Assembly (NCBI GenBank): GCA_043228905.1 | Contig: JBHGNT010000004.1 | Span: 4,588,001 to 4,652,000 of the forward strand | Length of the DNA stretch: 64,000 bases | Reading direction: 5' to 3' | Source: Azolla caroliniana | Taxonomy: Eukaryota; Plantae; Polypodiophyta | In this document: in pieces, positions 12,401 to 23,576 of the stretch | Layout of the letters: every line of letters begins with the position of its first letter | Numbering within the stretch: position 1 is the first letter of the stretch | Position numbers and translations under genes: made by a program | Notes under the pieces: model-generated | What the model was told of the DNA's origin: nothing | Seen by the model: only the letters and a program-made list of their open reading frames with translations | The model's database searches: none

Positions 12401-14685
12401 GGTCAGTGGGCGAAAGGAAGTCCGGTCCTACGGGATCCCCACACTTAACCAGAGATTCCGGCAGTTCGACCAACGTGGCAACATGAGACCGAGAGAGAAG
12501 GTTGGTGGCGGCGGGAAACGGGACCCGACTACGCGGAAGACACGAGGAGAGTCCGGGAGGGACTCCAACAAAAGACACCCGAAACGGCAAGCATAGAAAC
12601 GGAGTTCGGTCCTATGGGACCCTCACACCGATCCGGAGACTCCGGCAGTTCGGCCAACGTGGCAACGTGAGACCTAGGGAGAAGGACGGTGGTGGCAGGG
12701 AACGGGACCCAATGACACGAGGTAGCGGATCGGGAGTCGGTAAGACGGGCGGACGGAGTGCAAAACCCTTACAGGCCGGTTACGGAAGGAGCCGGTAGGG
12801 GCAAACACAGTGAGGTTTGTCGGGCCGGAAAGGCACACATGGTACGGAACAAGAGTCTCGCAAGTGGCCATCATGGGCCGGATCGAAGCGTGACTACGGG
12901 ACGGTGTTCGGCACGGGCGGTGTCGAACAAAGGAAGCAGAAGACGGCACAAGGGAGGTGTCAGGAATGAGGTGACGGGTGCATAGTGGACTGCACAGGGT
13001 CGGAGTCAGGGGATGACAATAGAGGCCGGAGGAGGATCCTCCACACTCGCTTCGTAGATCTCGGTAGCTCCGTCGAAGTAGCGAAGACTGACACGGCAAG
13101 CCGGGGTGACAAGCTGGTGGGGGCGAGGGGACGACGGCAAGCGGAAGACTCGGGACCTGTTGCAGCAGCACGAAGACGGGAACGGCCAAGCGGGCTACTA
13201 CGGGGTGTTCCTCGAATGCGGACGACACCAGTATGCGGGTGAGCGGCGATGCACGATCTGGCCGGGAAAGGGGCCGACAAGGCGAGCAATGAACCGGAGT
13301 ACGGCACAGGCAGTGCCAAACAATGGACGAGGGTATGTGGCGCACGGAGGAGCCGGAGCGGAAAGGCGATCGCGGAGATAGGTTGCGCAGTTCGGAGGTA
13401 GCGCGTAGAAGGCCAGAAAGGGATCCTCCACACCGTTCCGGAGACCATGGCGGTTCAAGCCGACGCGGCGATGTAAGACCATGGAGAAGGAAGGTGGCGG
13501 CGAGAGGACGAGGGCAACGCGAAACAACATGGGACGGTAATCAGGACGACGCGAATGATCAACGGAGGCCAAGCGGGCCGCTACGGGCGTTCCCCAAGTG
13601 GAGGACATCGGGCATACGGCGGGGAGCGGGGCATTCATACGACCGAACAAGGACCAGGGGAAGTACACATACTACGGAGATCGCGGCAGAGGACCCATCG
13701 ACGGGTCGAACGAGCCTACGGGGAGGTAAGCGCGAAGGAAGAACCGAAGCCGACGGATCAAACCGACAGCGAGCCGGGATGCGGATTACGGAAGACCAGT
13801 TTCTCACCGGCTAAAATCTCTCACCCTTCACCGGATTTGGCACGTACCGGTGGACGTGCGATTAGGTGGGGGCGGATGTCGTGAAGAATTTCGGCCAGAG
13901 GCGAAAACCAGGAAACATTGGCTACATCGGCGGGGTTCAGCGTGTGTGCTCACCCTTGTACATTTAGCGTGAATAACGAGGGCACCTTTATGACGCCGAA
14001 GAGTAGACAAGTCGGGACAGACGATCCCATGTAAGTCGGGATTTATCCCACATTGTAACGCATCCCTCTCCTTGTTCTATAAAAGGAAGGGAGCGCCCTT
14101 TGTGAGGGGGTTGCCCATTTTGCGTTAGAGGGTATACCGTTAGATTTAGGGTTAGTGACATTTCTTCTTCTTCTTCTTCTTCTTCTTCTTCTCCCCCCCC
14201 CCCCCCCCCCCCCCCCTTCGTGTTCGCTTAGAGTTTGCTTTAGCTCGTCTCTTGTGCAAGACCCCGCTCGGCGCGACAAGCCCGTGAGCTCCCCGACCGG
14301 CGGCTTGGCAGTCGACGACTGATGTAACCTACCTTGGTCCGGCTCGAAGCCGGGAATGTATTCTTCTTATATATATATATACACATTTGCGTCGGTCTGT
14401 GTATATTCGCGTCTCCGTTGGTGTCGGGTGCTTCCCCTTTCCTGCGTTTCCTGTACATAAGGGCGTGAGTTGGGTCAGCCTGTGTGTGTGTGTGTGTGTG
14501 CGTGCGTGTGCGTGAGTCGGTGTCAAGCGCGCACTCCCTCTCTATCTCTCTCCCTTCGGTTGCTTCCGGTGTGCTTCTGGGGTACCCCGGAAACGGTGAA
14601 GTACGACTTCCTACGCTCCGTCACTCCCTAGTCCAAGATCCCCGTGGTCTCGCCTTTCTCCACGCACGCGCGTAACAACGCGACA
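8989..14685 (+). mobile_element. Non-autonomous LTR retrotransposon with a gag-like ORF and no pol (TR-GAG/LARD type)
   Basis: LTRs 8989-9669 and 13877-14685 (TGTCG...CGACA). 4-bp TSD CCGT at 8985-8988 and 14686-14689. PBS TGGTGAACCCGACATGAA (about 9674-9691) matches the plant tRNA-Trp 3' end with one mismatch. PPT TTAGGTGGGGGCGGA. No RT, RH or INT motifs seen inside. Confidence 0.92.
9707..10660 (+). CDS. Gag-like ORF (317 aa) of the non-autonomous element
   Basis: Open frame starting just after the PBS. FSGDRVPSYLEAY...SWEAFEEALLKAYG resembles a Gypsy capsid-type region; the C-terminus is low-complexity and acidic. Confidence 0.65.
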   Translation: MESEDDALAEMVAEVVLESARVVMRREAAQQAVERVVERVGCFSGDRVPSYLEAYNTEMEEHGIDEALRLEFFCQVVAVRMHAEVKELREAHSSWEAFEEALLKAYGGRRKSRGRHDFDQWVASAKTHRGAAKAFREFERRLARLPEREQGLVGADKVLLFVRSIDRAEREVIGIELEDDDEANGLTEDWSKVGRVCQWLDDERAEKAKRRARDGVPSQREEAERKRELARVGVGVRIAEAYVALEVMLEEEGRSRPQAETEETDLPHATAEDRYHGTTGEGAEQNALSTCRDRTAKDEAEIQIAEPDSWDQRFRAC

Positions 14686-15472
14686 CCGTCTCCAACATTC
14701 TATACTTTTTCCTGGACCTTCCGACATGTATCCCCATGACAACCCCTTACTTGATCCAATTAGTTCATTAGATTCATCATGGGTTCCAAAGGATACGTTG
14801 ACTGAGCCAAGCACGTTCGGTGATCACACTTGAGTCCTCGTCTAATGTCACACCACACCTTCCACATGGATGCACTAAATCTATCCTCCAGTTGGCAGGA
14901 AAAACTAGGTTTGAGATCCATGTTTAGAATCTATCTAGTTTGTGGGGCCCAATTTGTCCCTTTTCGTGGCCTAAAGTAAGTGAAGCGTTACCGCAATAAC
15001 ATTTTCTAACAGTCATTCCCTGGTCGGAGTCCTCACACCACAAATTTGGCAAGTAGGGCTTTTGATTGTGAGAGGGGATCAATAAGACCCAATCCTCCTC
15101 TCAACTTAGGTGATGTGAGTATATGCCACGCTACCTTGGTCGTAGTTGCATGATCTTCCTTACCAAACCAAATGTAGTTTTGTACCAGTCGTTGAATCTG
15201 GTATATACTTTCCTTGGAGATTGTCCAACATGATAGGTTGTACCATGTTGTCGCGAGTAATACCTGGTTTGCCACTATGATGTGCCCTGGTAGCGAGAGT
15301 TTTTTCGAACTCCAATGTATTAACTTTTCTCGTATGGAGTGAATAACTAGTGTAATCATAGTCTCCGGAGGTATGTTGAGACCAATTTGGAAACCCAAAT
15401 ATTTGGTGCTCTCACCTTGATTGATCTACTTGAAAGCGAGATCTGGGTGCCACGCAGGATGTGCACCATGAG

Positions 15473-15977
15473 TAACAATGGGCATGGTTTCGGCTCAAAC
15501 CGAACTGAACTGTTAAGCCATGGTTTAACGGTTTATTGGTTCCAATAAAATTTAATGGTTTGGTTTGGATTCTCAATAAACGGTTCGGTTTCGGTTCGGT
15601 TCGGTTCTAAAACTCGGGTTTATAGGTTTGGTTTAAAGGTTTAAAGGTTTCTAGGTTTTTGGTTAACTTTTATTTTTTACCTTAATAGTTTATTGATGTA
15701 ATGGTTTAATTAATGGTTTTTTATTGATTTAATTAGTTTAACTTAAATGTTTATTTAATTTAATGGTTCAATTAAAGTTTCTTTTATTGATTTAATCAAT
15801 TTAACTTAAATGCTTATTTAATTTAATGTATTTTTATTTCTTTAGATGTTTAACTAGTGACTTAAGTGGTTAGGTTTAAATTTTTTATTAAATGGTTCAG
15901 TTTGGTTTCAACTTTTCCCTAAACGGTTTGGTTTGGTTTCTTTGCCTTGAAACCGAACCGAACCGTGCCCATTGCTA
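15473..15977. mobile_element. hAT-type MITE
   Basis: TIRs TAACAATGGGCATGG and CCGTGCCCATTGCTA. 8-bp TSD ACCATGAG (15465-15472) / ATCATGAG (15978-15985). Subterminal AACCG/CGGTT repeats and an AT-rich core. Confidence 0.85.
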
Positions 15978-17283
15978 ATCATGAGAGAGCCATATTGCAC
16001 AGGATTTGTGCCAATTGATCATGGCATTGGATCGCTTGCAAAATACGTCTAGACCACTTTCTAGCCTTTGTAAATTTTCCAAGTCACCTTGCAAGTAGAC
16101 CGCAGTGTCATCTGCAAATTCTATATCTAGGAGGCTTTGGTGAGAATGCAGCACACAAAGACCACATAGGCTTAGATGTCGCGAGTTGAGAAAGCTAGAG
16201 AGTGCTTCGACGTTTAATAGAAATGAGGATGGAGCCAATGGGCAGCCCTGTCGTACAGACCGAGATATTCGGAAGAAAGGGCCCCTTTCACCTGCTAGTG
16301 AAACACAATTGGTGGCGTTCCTATAAATTCCTGCAATGCCTTTGATCCATGATTCGTGAAAGCCGAGTTGTCCCATCACACTTTCTAGAAATTTCCAGCA
16401 TACCCTGTCATATGCTTTCTCAAAATCTAGGAGCACCACAACTTCCTTGTTGTTGGTACGCGTAGAAAGGGCTACAGCTTCCCAAAATGAGAATAGATTA
16501 TCTAGGATGCTCTAATTTCTCAGGTATGCCCTGGAGGATAATATCTTCTCTTATGTCTTCCCCTGTGGCCTTATTATCTTCAGTTAGTAGTCACTTAAAA
16601 TAACTTGTGGCAATATTCCTCATTTCGTCGCCATCCTCCATGGTTGTTCCATCTGCTCAGTTGAGGTTGTGCATCATTGTTCTAGCGTGTCTTGGTCCCT
16701 TGGATCAAAAGAATTCCTTCGTGGTTTTGTCCCCTACTCGAATCCATCGAGCCATGCTTCCATGAAACTCCATGTCATAGATTGCCTTTTCTGCCATGAT
16801 AAGTTCATGTTTGGACATGGCAACTTGTCCTGCAAGCCAATTACATGTCGGGTATCGTTGTTGAAGTCGTTGTAAGGCTATTAATCCCCATTTTGTCCTC
16901 TGTCGCTTTTCTTGAGCATCCTTACTTCTAGTCTTGACAATCTCATGTAGTAGAGTTGAAGCTCTTGATAATTTAGCTAGAAGTTTGTCAGATGCTAATG
17001 AGGCATTGACGGGTAGTGACCATTGGTTGGCGAGTTGTTCCTTCACCTCTATAGTTGTGTAGATAGTGTGTGGGATTCAAGGTTGGAATGAGCCCCACTT
17101 TCGGTGCAAGTGAAAGTGACCAATTACCGGGTAATGGTCGGAGAAAGTTGTGCCTGGAGTTATGCGACACCACCCTCCCTTTGCTTCTAGGGCCTCGCCT
17201 ACATTAAGACGATCGATGCGAGTAGTTTTGATAGCAAGGTTTTTTGTATTGTCATGATTGTTTTAATATAAACATACATTTAC

Positions 17284-17339
<56 letters not shown>

Positions 17340-18253
17340 AACATAAAACCACACAAAGAGGGGGAGGGAGAAAGAGAAAGAGATTTCAACAGAGGCACAA
17401 ATAGAGAAATGCAAGGATTTTGAATTTCCCCACAAAATAGAAGAGTTTGATCTCTCTTCTTCGTTTTCTTTTTTAATACTTTTCTTTTTCTTTTTTAACT
17501 TCTCTACTTTTCGGTTTTTATTATATGTAAATATAATAAAGTGAACAACCTTGATCATCTAGGATTCCCAAAACGCGGTCAAGGTCGTCCAAGCCCTAGA
17601 TTCACTCATTCACAACATTTGTGAATCTTATGTTGAATAGTGATGAGCATGCCTCCATCACCTTCACTGTCCTTTACATTCTTATTTAAATTCTTTCGTG
17701 GTACTTTTATGAGCTTTACATTGTAAGATATTGCACATGATCCTAAGTGAGAATTATTTTTTCTTAATTGCTAGCATTGTCCCTTGTACAACTTAAGCAT
17801 TTTACATGCATGGTCTTCTTATATGTAGGACGCATTTAGGACTTGGTATTCTTAATTAATTTGTTAATCTTAAAATAGTTGGTATCCTCTTTACTTATAA
17901 AAATATAAACAATTTAGGTATATGCGAAGTTCTATTTTTGGGTAACTATAGAATGTGTACATGTCATCCTTGAATTAATCACGATGTCAATATCATCTCA
18001 AACAAGACGTTATGCACTTAGGACAATATGAAAATGGAAAGGCTATGATAGTTGACCCCGAACCGAGTGAGCTCAAACCAACGACAATGTGTTGGCCGAT
18101 AGAAGGGCATTCAAATCAGCTATCATGGGACCCCGCGATGTATTTCTGGAAAACTCAAGGTCAAAGTGATGGTGCCAAGTTGGTGCAATTTTTCAGGTAC
18201 AACATGAAAATCGGGAGGCAAATTATCCTAAAACAAGAACACCAAGATATTAT

Positions 18254-21200
18254 TGTCATGATATGGCAAGACTCAAACCCATGACCTTAGATTATATGGG
18301 TCGAGCTCTTGACCATTAGATCATCTATTGTAATACGTAAGATATTATTTTCATTTACATTTTATTATAGGAAATTAGTGTATATTCCAGATTTCTCTGG
18401 AACATTCTAGAAGCTTCAGGATTACTCCTGAAAACACTATAAAAGAGGGCACTAGGCATTATGTTGAACCAAATTGGTTCAACGCCAGTCTTAAGCCTTT
18501 TAGCCACCATTGTATATTCTCTTCATATAATACATATCTTTCCTATCATCACTCTCTCTCTCTCTCTCAATCTCTCTCTTTCTCTCTGTCTCGCTCACTT
18601 CTTCCTTCTCTCGAAGAAGTTCCACACCTCTCATAGTACTAATCCTTCGTTTAGTACTAATTCCTTCTCTGTCTCAGTACTGTTCATGACAGTTTGAACC
18701 AATTTTCCCTACCTTCTGTCTCTCTCATTTCCTACTAATCTTTTATTCCTCTTTTCTTTCATCCCATGGCCACTGTTAGCGCTGAAGAATATCAATCTGT
18801 TTTCTCGCAATTTCAATGCTTGAAGGAGAAGTTCCATGCTTTGGAACAAGAAAACCAACGGTTGTTGGGGGATCTTCAGCAAATCTCCTTAGAAAAGCAG
18901 CAAACGCAACAACAACATGGGGAACTTGCGTTACGCGTGCAACAACTCGAAGCAACCATCGTAGCGATGCAACAACAAGGGCCCAGAACACAAGGGATTC
19001 ATAAAGAACCCAAGATTGGCCTTCCCACGAAGTTCGATGGAACGTGATCGCAGTTTAGAGGGTTCCTTAACCAAGTACGATTAGTTATTCAAATGCATCC
19101 TTCCCGATATCCCACCGATGCATCACGAGTGGGTTTAGTAGGCACTTTGTTAGGTGGCTCAGCGTTGTCATGGTTCGCTCCACTATTAGAAAAGGAATCT
19201 CCGTTACTCAACAATTTTGAAGAGTTTCTAGGTGAGTTTAAAGCATGTTTTGGAGATACTGACAGCATCAGGACCGCAATCAACAAAATCCGGCGATTAC
19301 GCCAAGGTGACCGTCCAGCCTCCGCATACGCTGCAGATTTTCGCCTACTCGCCGCCGATATCCCTTGGGATGATCAACGTTGATGGAGCAATTCCGTTAT
19401 GGTTTACGCAACGACGTCAAGGATTTACTATTGACCTTCCCCGAAGAGCCTATTTCAGTAGGGATATCTGATAGTCCTAATAGTACTAATAGTACTAATA
19501 TCCCAAATCTAGCAAACAAATTTGATGTCCTTAGTCAGTTAGAAGAAGAGTTAAACGACTAAGTCCAGCCAAAATAGGAGTCGTTTGGTTGGACAGCCCT
19601 AGATCTGTGCAGCCCATTAGTGGTTCCATTCCCTCTAAGCAAGTTAGTGATGTGTTCGTAGCCCAAGTAATAGTTAGTACTAAAATTACCCCTCCAGTAC
19701 ATGTCCTAGCACTCCTAGATTCCGGAGCTAACTCTTGCTTTATGGATAAGAAATTTGCTCAAGCTCATAAGATATCCCTAAGAAAACTCCAGTGTCCAGC
19801 CTCTGTAGTAGTCATTGATGGACGTCCCATTGCTTCCGGAAATATCATAGAAGAGTCAGAGCCCATTAATATTGTCCTAGATAACTTAGCATGTGTAGTA
19901 TCATTTAATATTATTAGTATCCCAGAACATCCTATAGTTTTAGGATTACCGTGGTTCGAGTTACATAACCCAGACATAGATTGGAGAACAAGAGAAATCC
20001 GGTGTCGACAAACCCAAGGGTCAACTCAGAAGATGGCAACCATTTCGCTACGTCAGTTGCGTAAAGAAGGGCGCATGGAGGAAATGTTCCTCTTTGCAAT
20101 ATCAATAAACCCCTCCAGCACCACTAAAGAAGAATCCACCATTCAACTTCCCGAGAAGTATCGTCATTACGCCGATGTGTTCGATAAAGTACAAGCCAAC
20201 ACACTTCCTCATCATCGACCGTACGATTGCCTCATCGATTTACAACCGGGAAAAGAGCCGCCATGGGGACCGATCTACAATTTGTCACCAACCGAACTGG
20301 AAGTCCTTCGGGCCTATATAGAGGAGAATTTGGAAAATGGTTTCATTCGGCATTCGAAATCTCCAGCCGGCGCGACCATTTTCTTCGTCAAAAAAAAAAG
20401 ATGGATCGCTTCGTCTCGTTGTAGATTACCGTGGCTTGAATAAGGTTACATCAGGAATAGGTATGCTCTTCCCCTTATCTCAAGTCTTTTAGAACGGATC
20501 AATGGTGCCAGGTTCTTCACGAAGATCGACTTACGGGGAGCATATAACCTCGTACGGATCCGACCAGGAGACGAATGGAATACCGCGTTTCGCACCAGAT
20601 ATGGGCACTTCGAGTATACGGTCATGCCGTTCAGCCTCACTAATGCGCCGGCAGTCTTCCAGCACATGGCTAATGATATATTCCGAGATCTATTGGATGA
20701 TTGTTTGATCATCTATTTGGATGATCTACTGGTTTATTCAAAGACCCAAGAAGAACATGATTCTCGTGTACTATTAGTACTAAAACGACTTCGAGAACAT
20801 GGTCTGTATGCAAAGCTGGAAAAATGTAGTTTCGGGTGCAACCAAGTGGAATTTCTCGGCTACATCATTTTGTCAAAAGGCATCTCCATGGACCCAGCTA
20901 AGGTCAAAACGGTGGTACTATGGCAGACTCCGCGTTCGGTGCGGGATGTGCAATGCTTCTTAGGCTTTGCCAATTTTTACCGGAAGTTCATACAAGATTA
21001 CTCAAAGATCGTTCTACCTCTCACACAACTTACCAGGAAGGGACAACCGTTCATCTGGTCTGAAGAAACAGACATGGCTTTCGAGAGTCTTAAAAAGGCA
21101 TTTACATCGGCTCCAATTCTAGCTCATGTCGATCCGGAAAAACCATTCATTATCGAAGCTGACGCATCGGATTTTGCATTGGGGAGCATTCTGTCACAAC

Positions 21201-23576
21201 AGGGGAATGATGAGAAGCTACATCCTGTGGCTTTTCACTCACACAAGTTTGACGCCGCCGAAATCAACTACGAAATTCATGATAAGGAGTTATTGGCAAT
21301 AGTGGATTCTTTTATGCAATGGAGGCATTTTCTGGAGGGATCCTCTCATCCAATCACCGTATTTAGTGACCACAAGAATCTTGCCTACTTTCAGGATGCT
21401 CGTGTGTTGAATCGACGTCAAGCTCGGTGGGCCCACTTCCTCACGCGTTTCGACTTCAAAATTACATATCGTCCGGGGAGGCACCAAGGGAAGGCAGATA
21501 CATTATCACGACGTTCGTATCTAGCACCCCGTCCCGGCGAGCCAGCTTTCGATAACCAAAAACAAGTCATCTTGGGACCGGCACGACTACAAGCAACACA
21601 GATCTTTGACATGCCAATGGATTCCTGCGTTATCGATACCATACGTGAAGACTTGAAGACAGATGCGTTCGCCCAAGCTATACTAGCACAAATTGATCCC
21701 TCTCGAGCGTCATGTTCACAGTCGCAACCACTAGGTACGGACTATCAGCAATTCAAATACCATGATGGATTACTCTTCTTTAAAGAACTTTTGTATGTTC
21801 CTAATGGTTCTTACCACCTTCGAGTAGTACAAAACTGTCATGACACATATACAGCTGGGCATTTTGGTAGTACTAAAACATTACATTTAGTACAACGAAC
21901 ATTCTGGTGGCCCTGTATGCGACAATTTGTCGAGGATTTTGTTCGGACTTGTGATACATGTTGCAGAGCGAAAATGCCAAGACATCATCCATATGGTTTA
22001 TTAGAACCATTACCAATTCCAAGCAAGCCGTGGCAATCCATTGCTCTAGACTTCATCACAGATCTTCCAGTCTCTAAGGGGTTCAATGCGATTCTAACGG
22101 TGGTCGATCGATATACGAAGATGGCTCATTTCTTGCCATGTACTAAGGAGATCTCCAGTGAAGACACTGCCGAAATTGTCATGCGTGAAGTATGTCGGCA
22201 TCATGGACTTCCCGATAGTATCATCAGCGACCGTGGACCCCAATTCGTGTCAAAATTCTGGAAGCACCTTTTTAACATGCTCAAGGTCACTTGTAACCTC
22301 TCCTCCGGCTACCACCCACATATTGACGGCCAAGCTGAACGAACAAATCAAACGTTGGAGCAGTATCTGTGGTGCTTTCTCAACTATCATCAAGATGATT
22401 GGGCAGATATTCTCCACTTCGCCGAATTTGCCTATAACAACTCTATCCACGCATCCACTAAAGTTACGCCATTTTATGCTTACGGGATGTCACCCCCGGT
22501 GGAGTGTACTTGAAACCCCAGAGGTGTCCACAAATCCGTGCGCGGAGGATCGTTTGGAGCAATTACGCAAGATACAAGCGGATTTATCTACTCATCTCCA
22601 GCAAGCTCAACAAACACACAAGGTCTACGCGGATCGTCATCGACTTCCATCCAGTTTTAATATTGGAGATCGGGTGTGGCTGCTACGACGACACATCAAG
22701 ACTACTCGTCCATGTGAGAAGTTAGATTATCGGCGATTAGGTCCTTTCCGTATTATTGGACAGATTAATGATGTCGCTTTTCGTCTCGATCTACCTCCTC
22801 AACTTCGGATACATCCGGTGTTTCATAGTTCTCTCCTCGAACCCTACCACGAGAGCACCATCCCAAGACGTCTTATCCAACCTCCACCCCCGATCGAGCT
22901 TGAAGATGGGCCGGAGTACGAGGTTGCCGCCATCCTTGATTCTAAGATTGTTCGCAACAAGCTCTACTATCTAGTTGATTGGCTAGGCTATAGCCCCAGC
23001 GAACGTACTTGGGAACCGGTCGAGAATGTGACCAATGCTCGTGCTCTTCTTGAAGACTTCCATCGTCAATATCCACACAAATCAGGTCCTCAATCCAAGA
23101 TGACTCGTGACACTTGTCGTTTTAAAGTGGGGATAGTGTCATGATATGGCAAGACTCGAACCCATGACCTTAGATTATATGGGTCGAGCTCTTGACCATT
23201 AGATCATCTATTGTAATACGTAGGATATTATTTTCATTTACATTTTATTATAGGAAATTAGTGTATATTCCAGATTTCTCTGGAACATTCTAGAAGCTTC
23301 AGGATTACTCCTGAAAACACTATAAAAGAGGACACTAGGCATTATGTTGAACCAAATTGGTTCAACGCCAGTCTTAAGCCTTTTAGCCACCATTGTATAT
23401 TCTCTTCATATAATACATATCTTTCCTATCATCACTCTCTCTCTCTCTCTCTCAATCTCTCTCTTTCTCTCTGTCTCGCTCACTTCTTCCTTCTCTCGAA
23501 GAAGTTCCACACCTCTCATAGTACTAATCCTTCGTTTAGTACTAATTCCTTCTCCGTCTCAGTACTGTTCATGACA
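18254..23576 (+). mobile_element. Near full-length Ty3/Gypsy chromovirus (Tcn1/Tf1-like, self-priming)
   Basis: LTRs 18254-18691 and 23137-23576 (TGTCATGA...TCATGACA) differ by about 4 substitutions and one CT unit. gag 18766-19562 (stop, frameshift); protease LLDSGA; RT YLDD; RNase H ADASD; integrase; chromodomain EYEVAAILDS...YLVDWLGY...TWEP; PPT AAAGTGGGGATAG. TSD is imperfect (ATTAT / ATTGC). Confidence 0.95.
19589..23144 (+). pseudogene. Frameshifted pol (PR-RT-RH-INT-chromodomain) of the chromovirus
   Basis: ORFs 19589-20443, 20624-22513 and 22158-23144 join across frameshifts at the A-run near 20390-20450 and near 22480. Confidence 0.92.

Larger units (their letters stand above)
7685..17230 (-). 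mobile_element. 5'-truncated L1/Tx1-type LINE, interrupted by an LTR element (8989-14685) and a MITE (15473-15977)
   Basis: Minus-strand fragments in ORF2 order: W.RVGDKTTKEFF (16705-17046); RT LDFEKAYDRV...SVRQGCPLAP...EFADD (15975-16439); KVAW..LTSPKLRGGLG (15033-15398); zf-RVT (8289-8615); LWILWKQRCRRVF (7739-8197). Confidence 0.9.

Noticed and set aside
9834-14010. Dozens of overlapping ORFs on both strands
   Set aside because: Expected in GC-rich repetitive DNA; no recognisable domains other than the gag-like ORF.
18254-18330. Functional tRNA gene in the LTR
   Set aside because: Acceptor and anticodon stems do not pair properly; only the A/B-box layout is tRNA-like.
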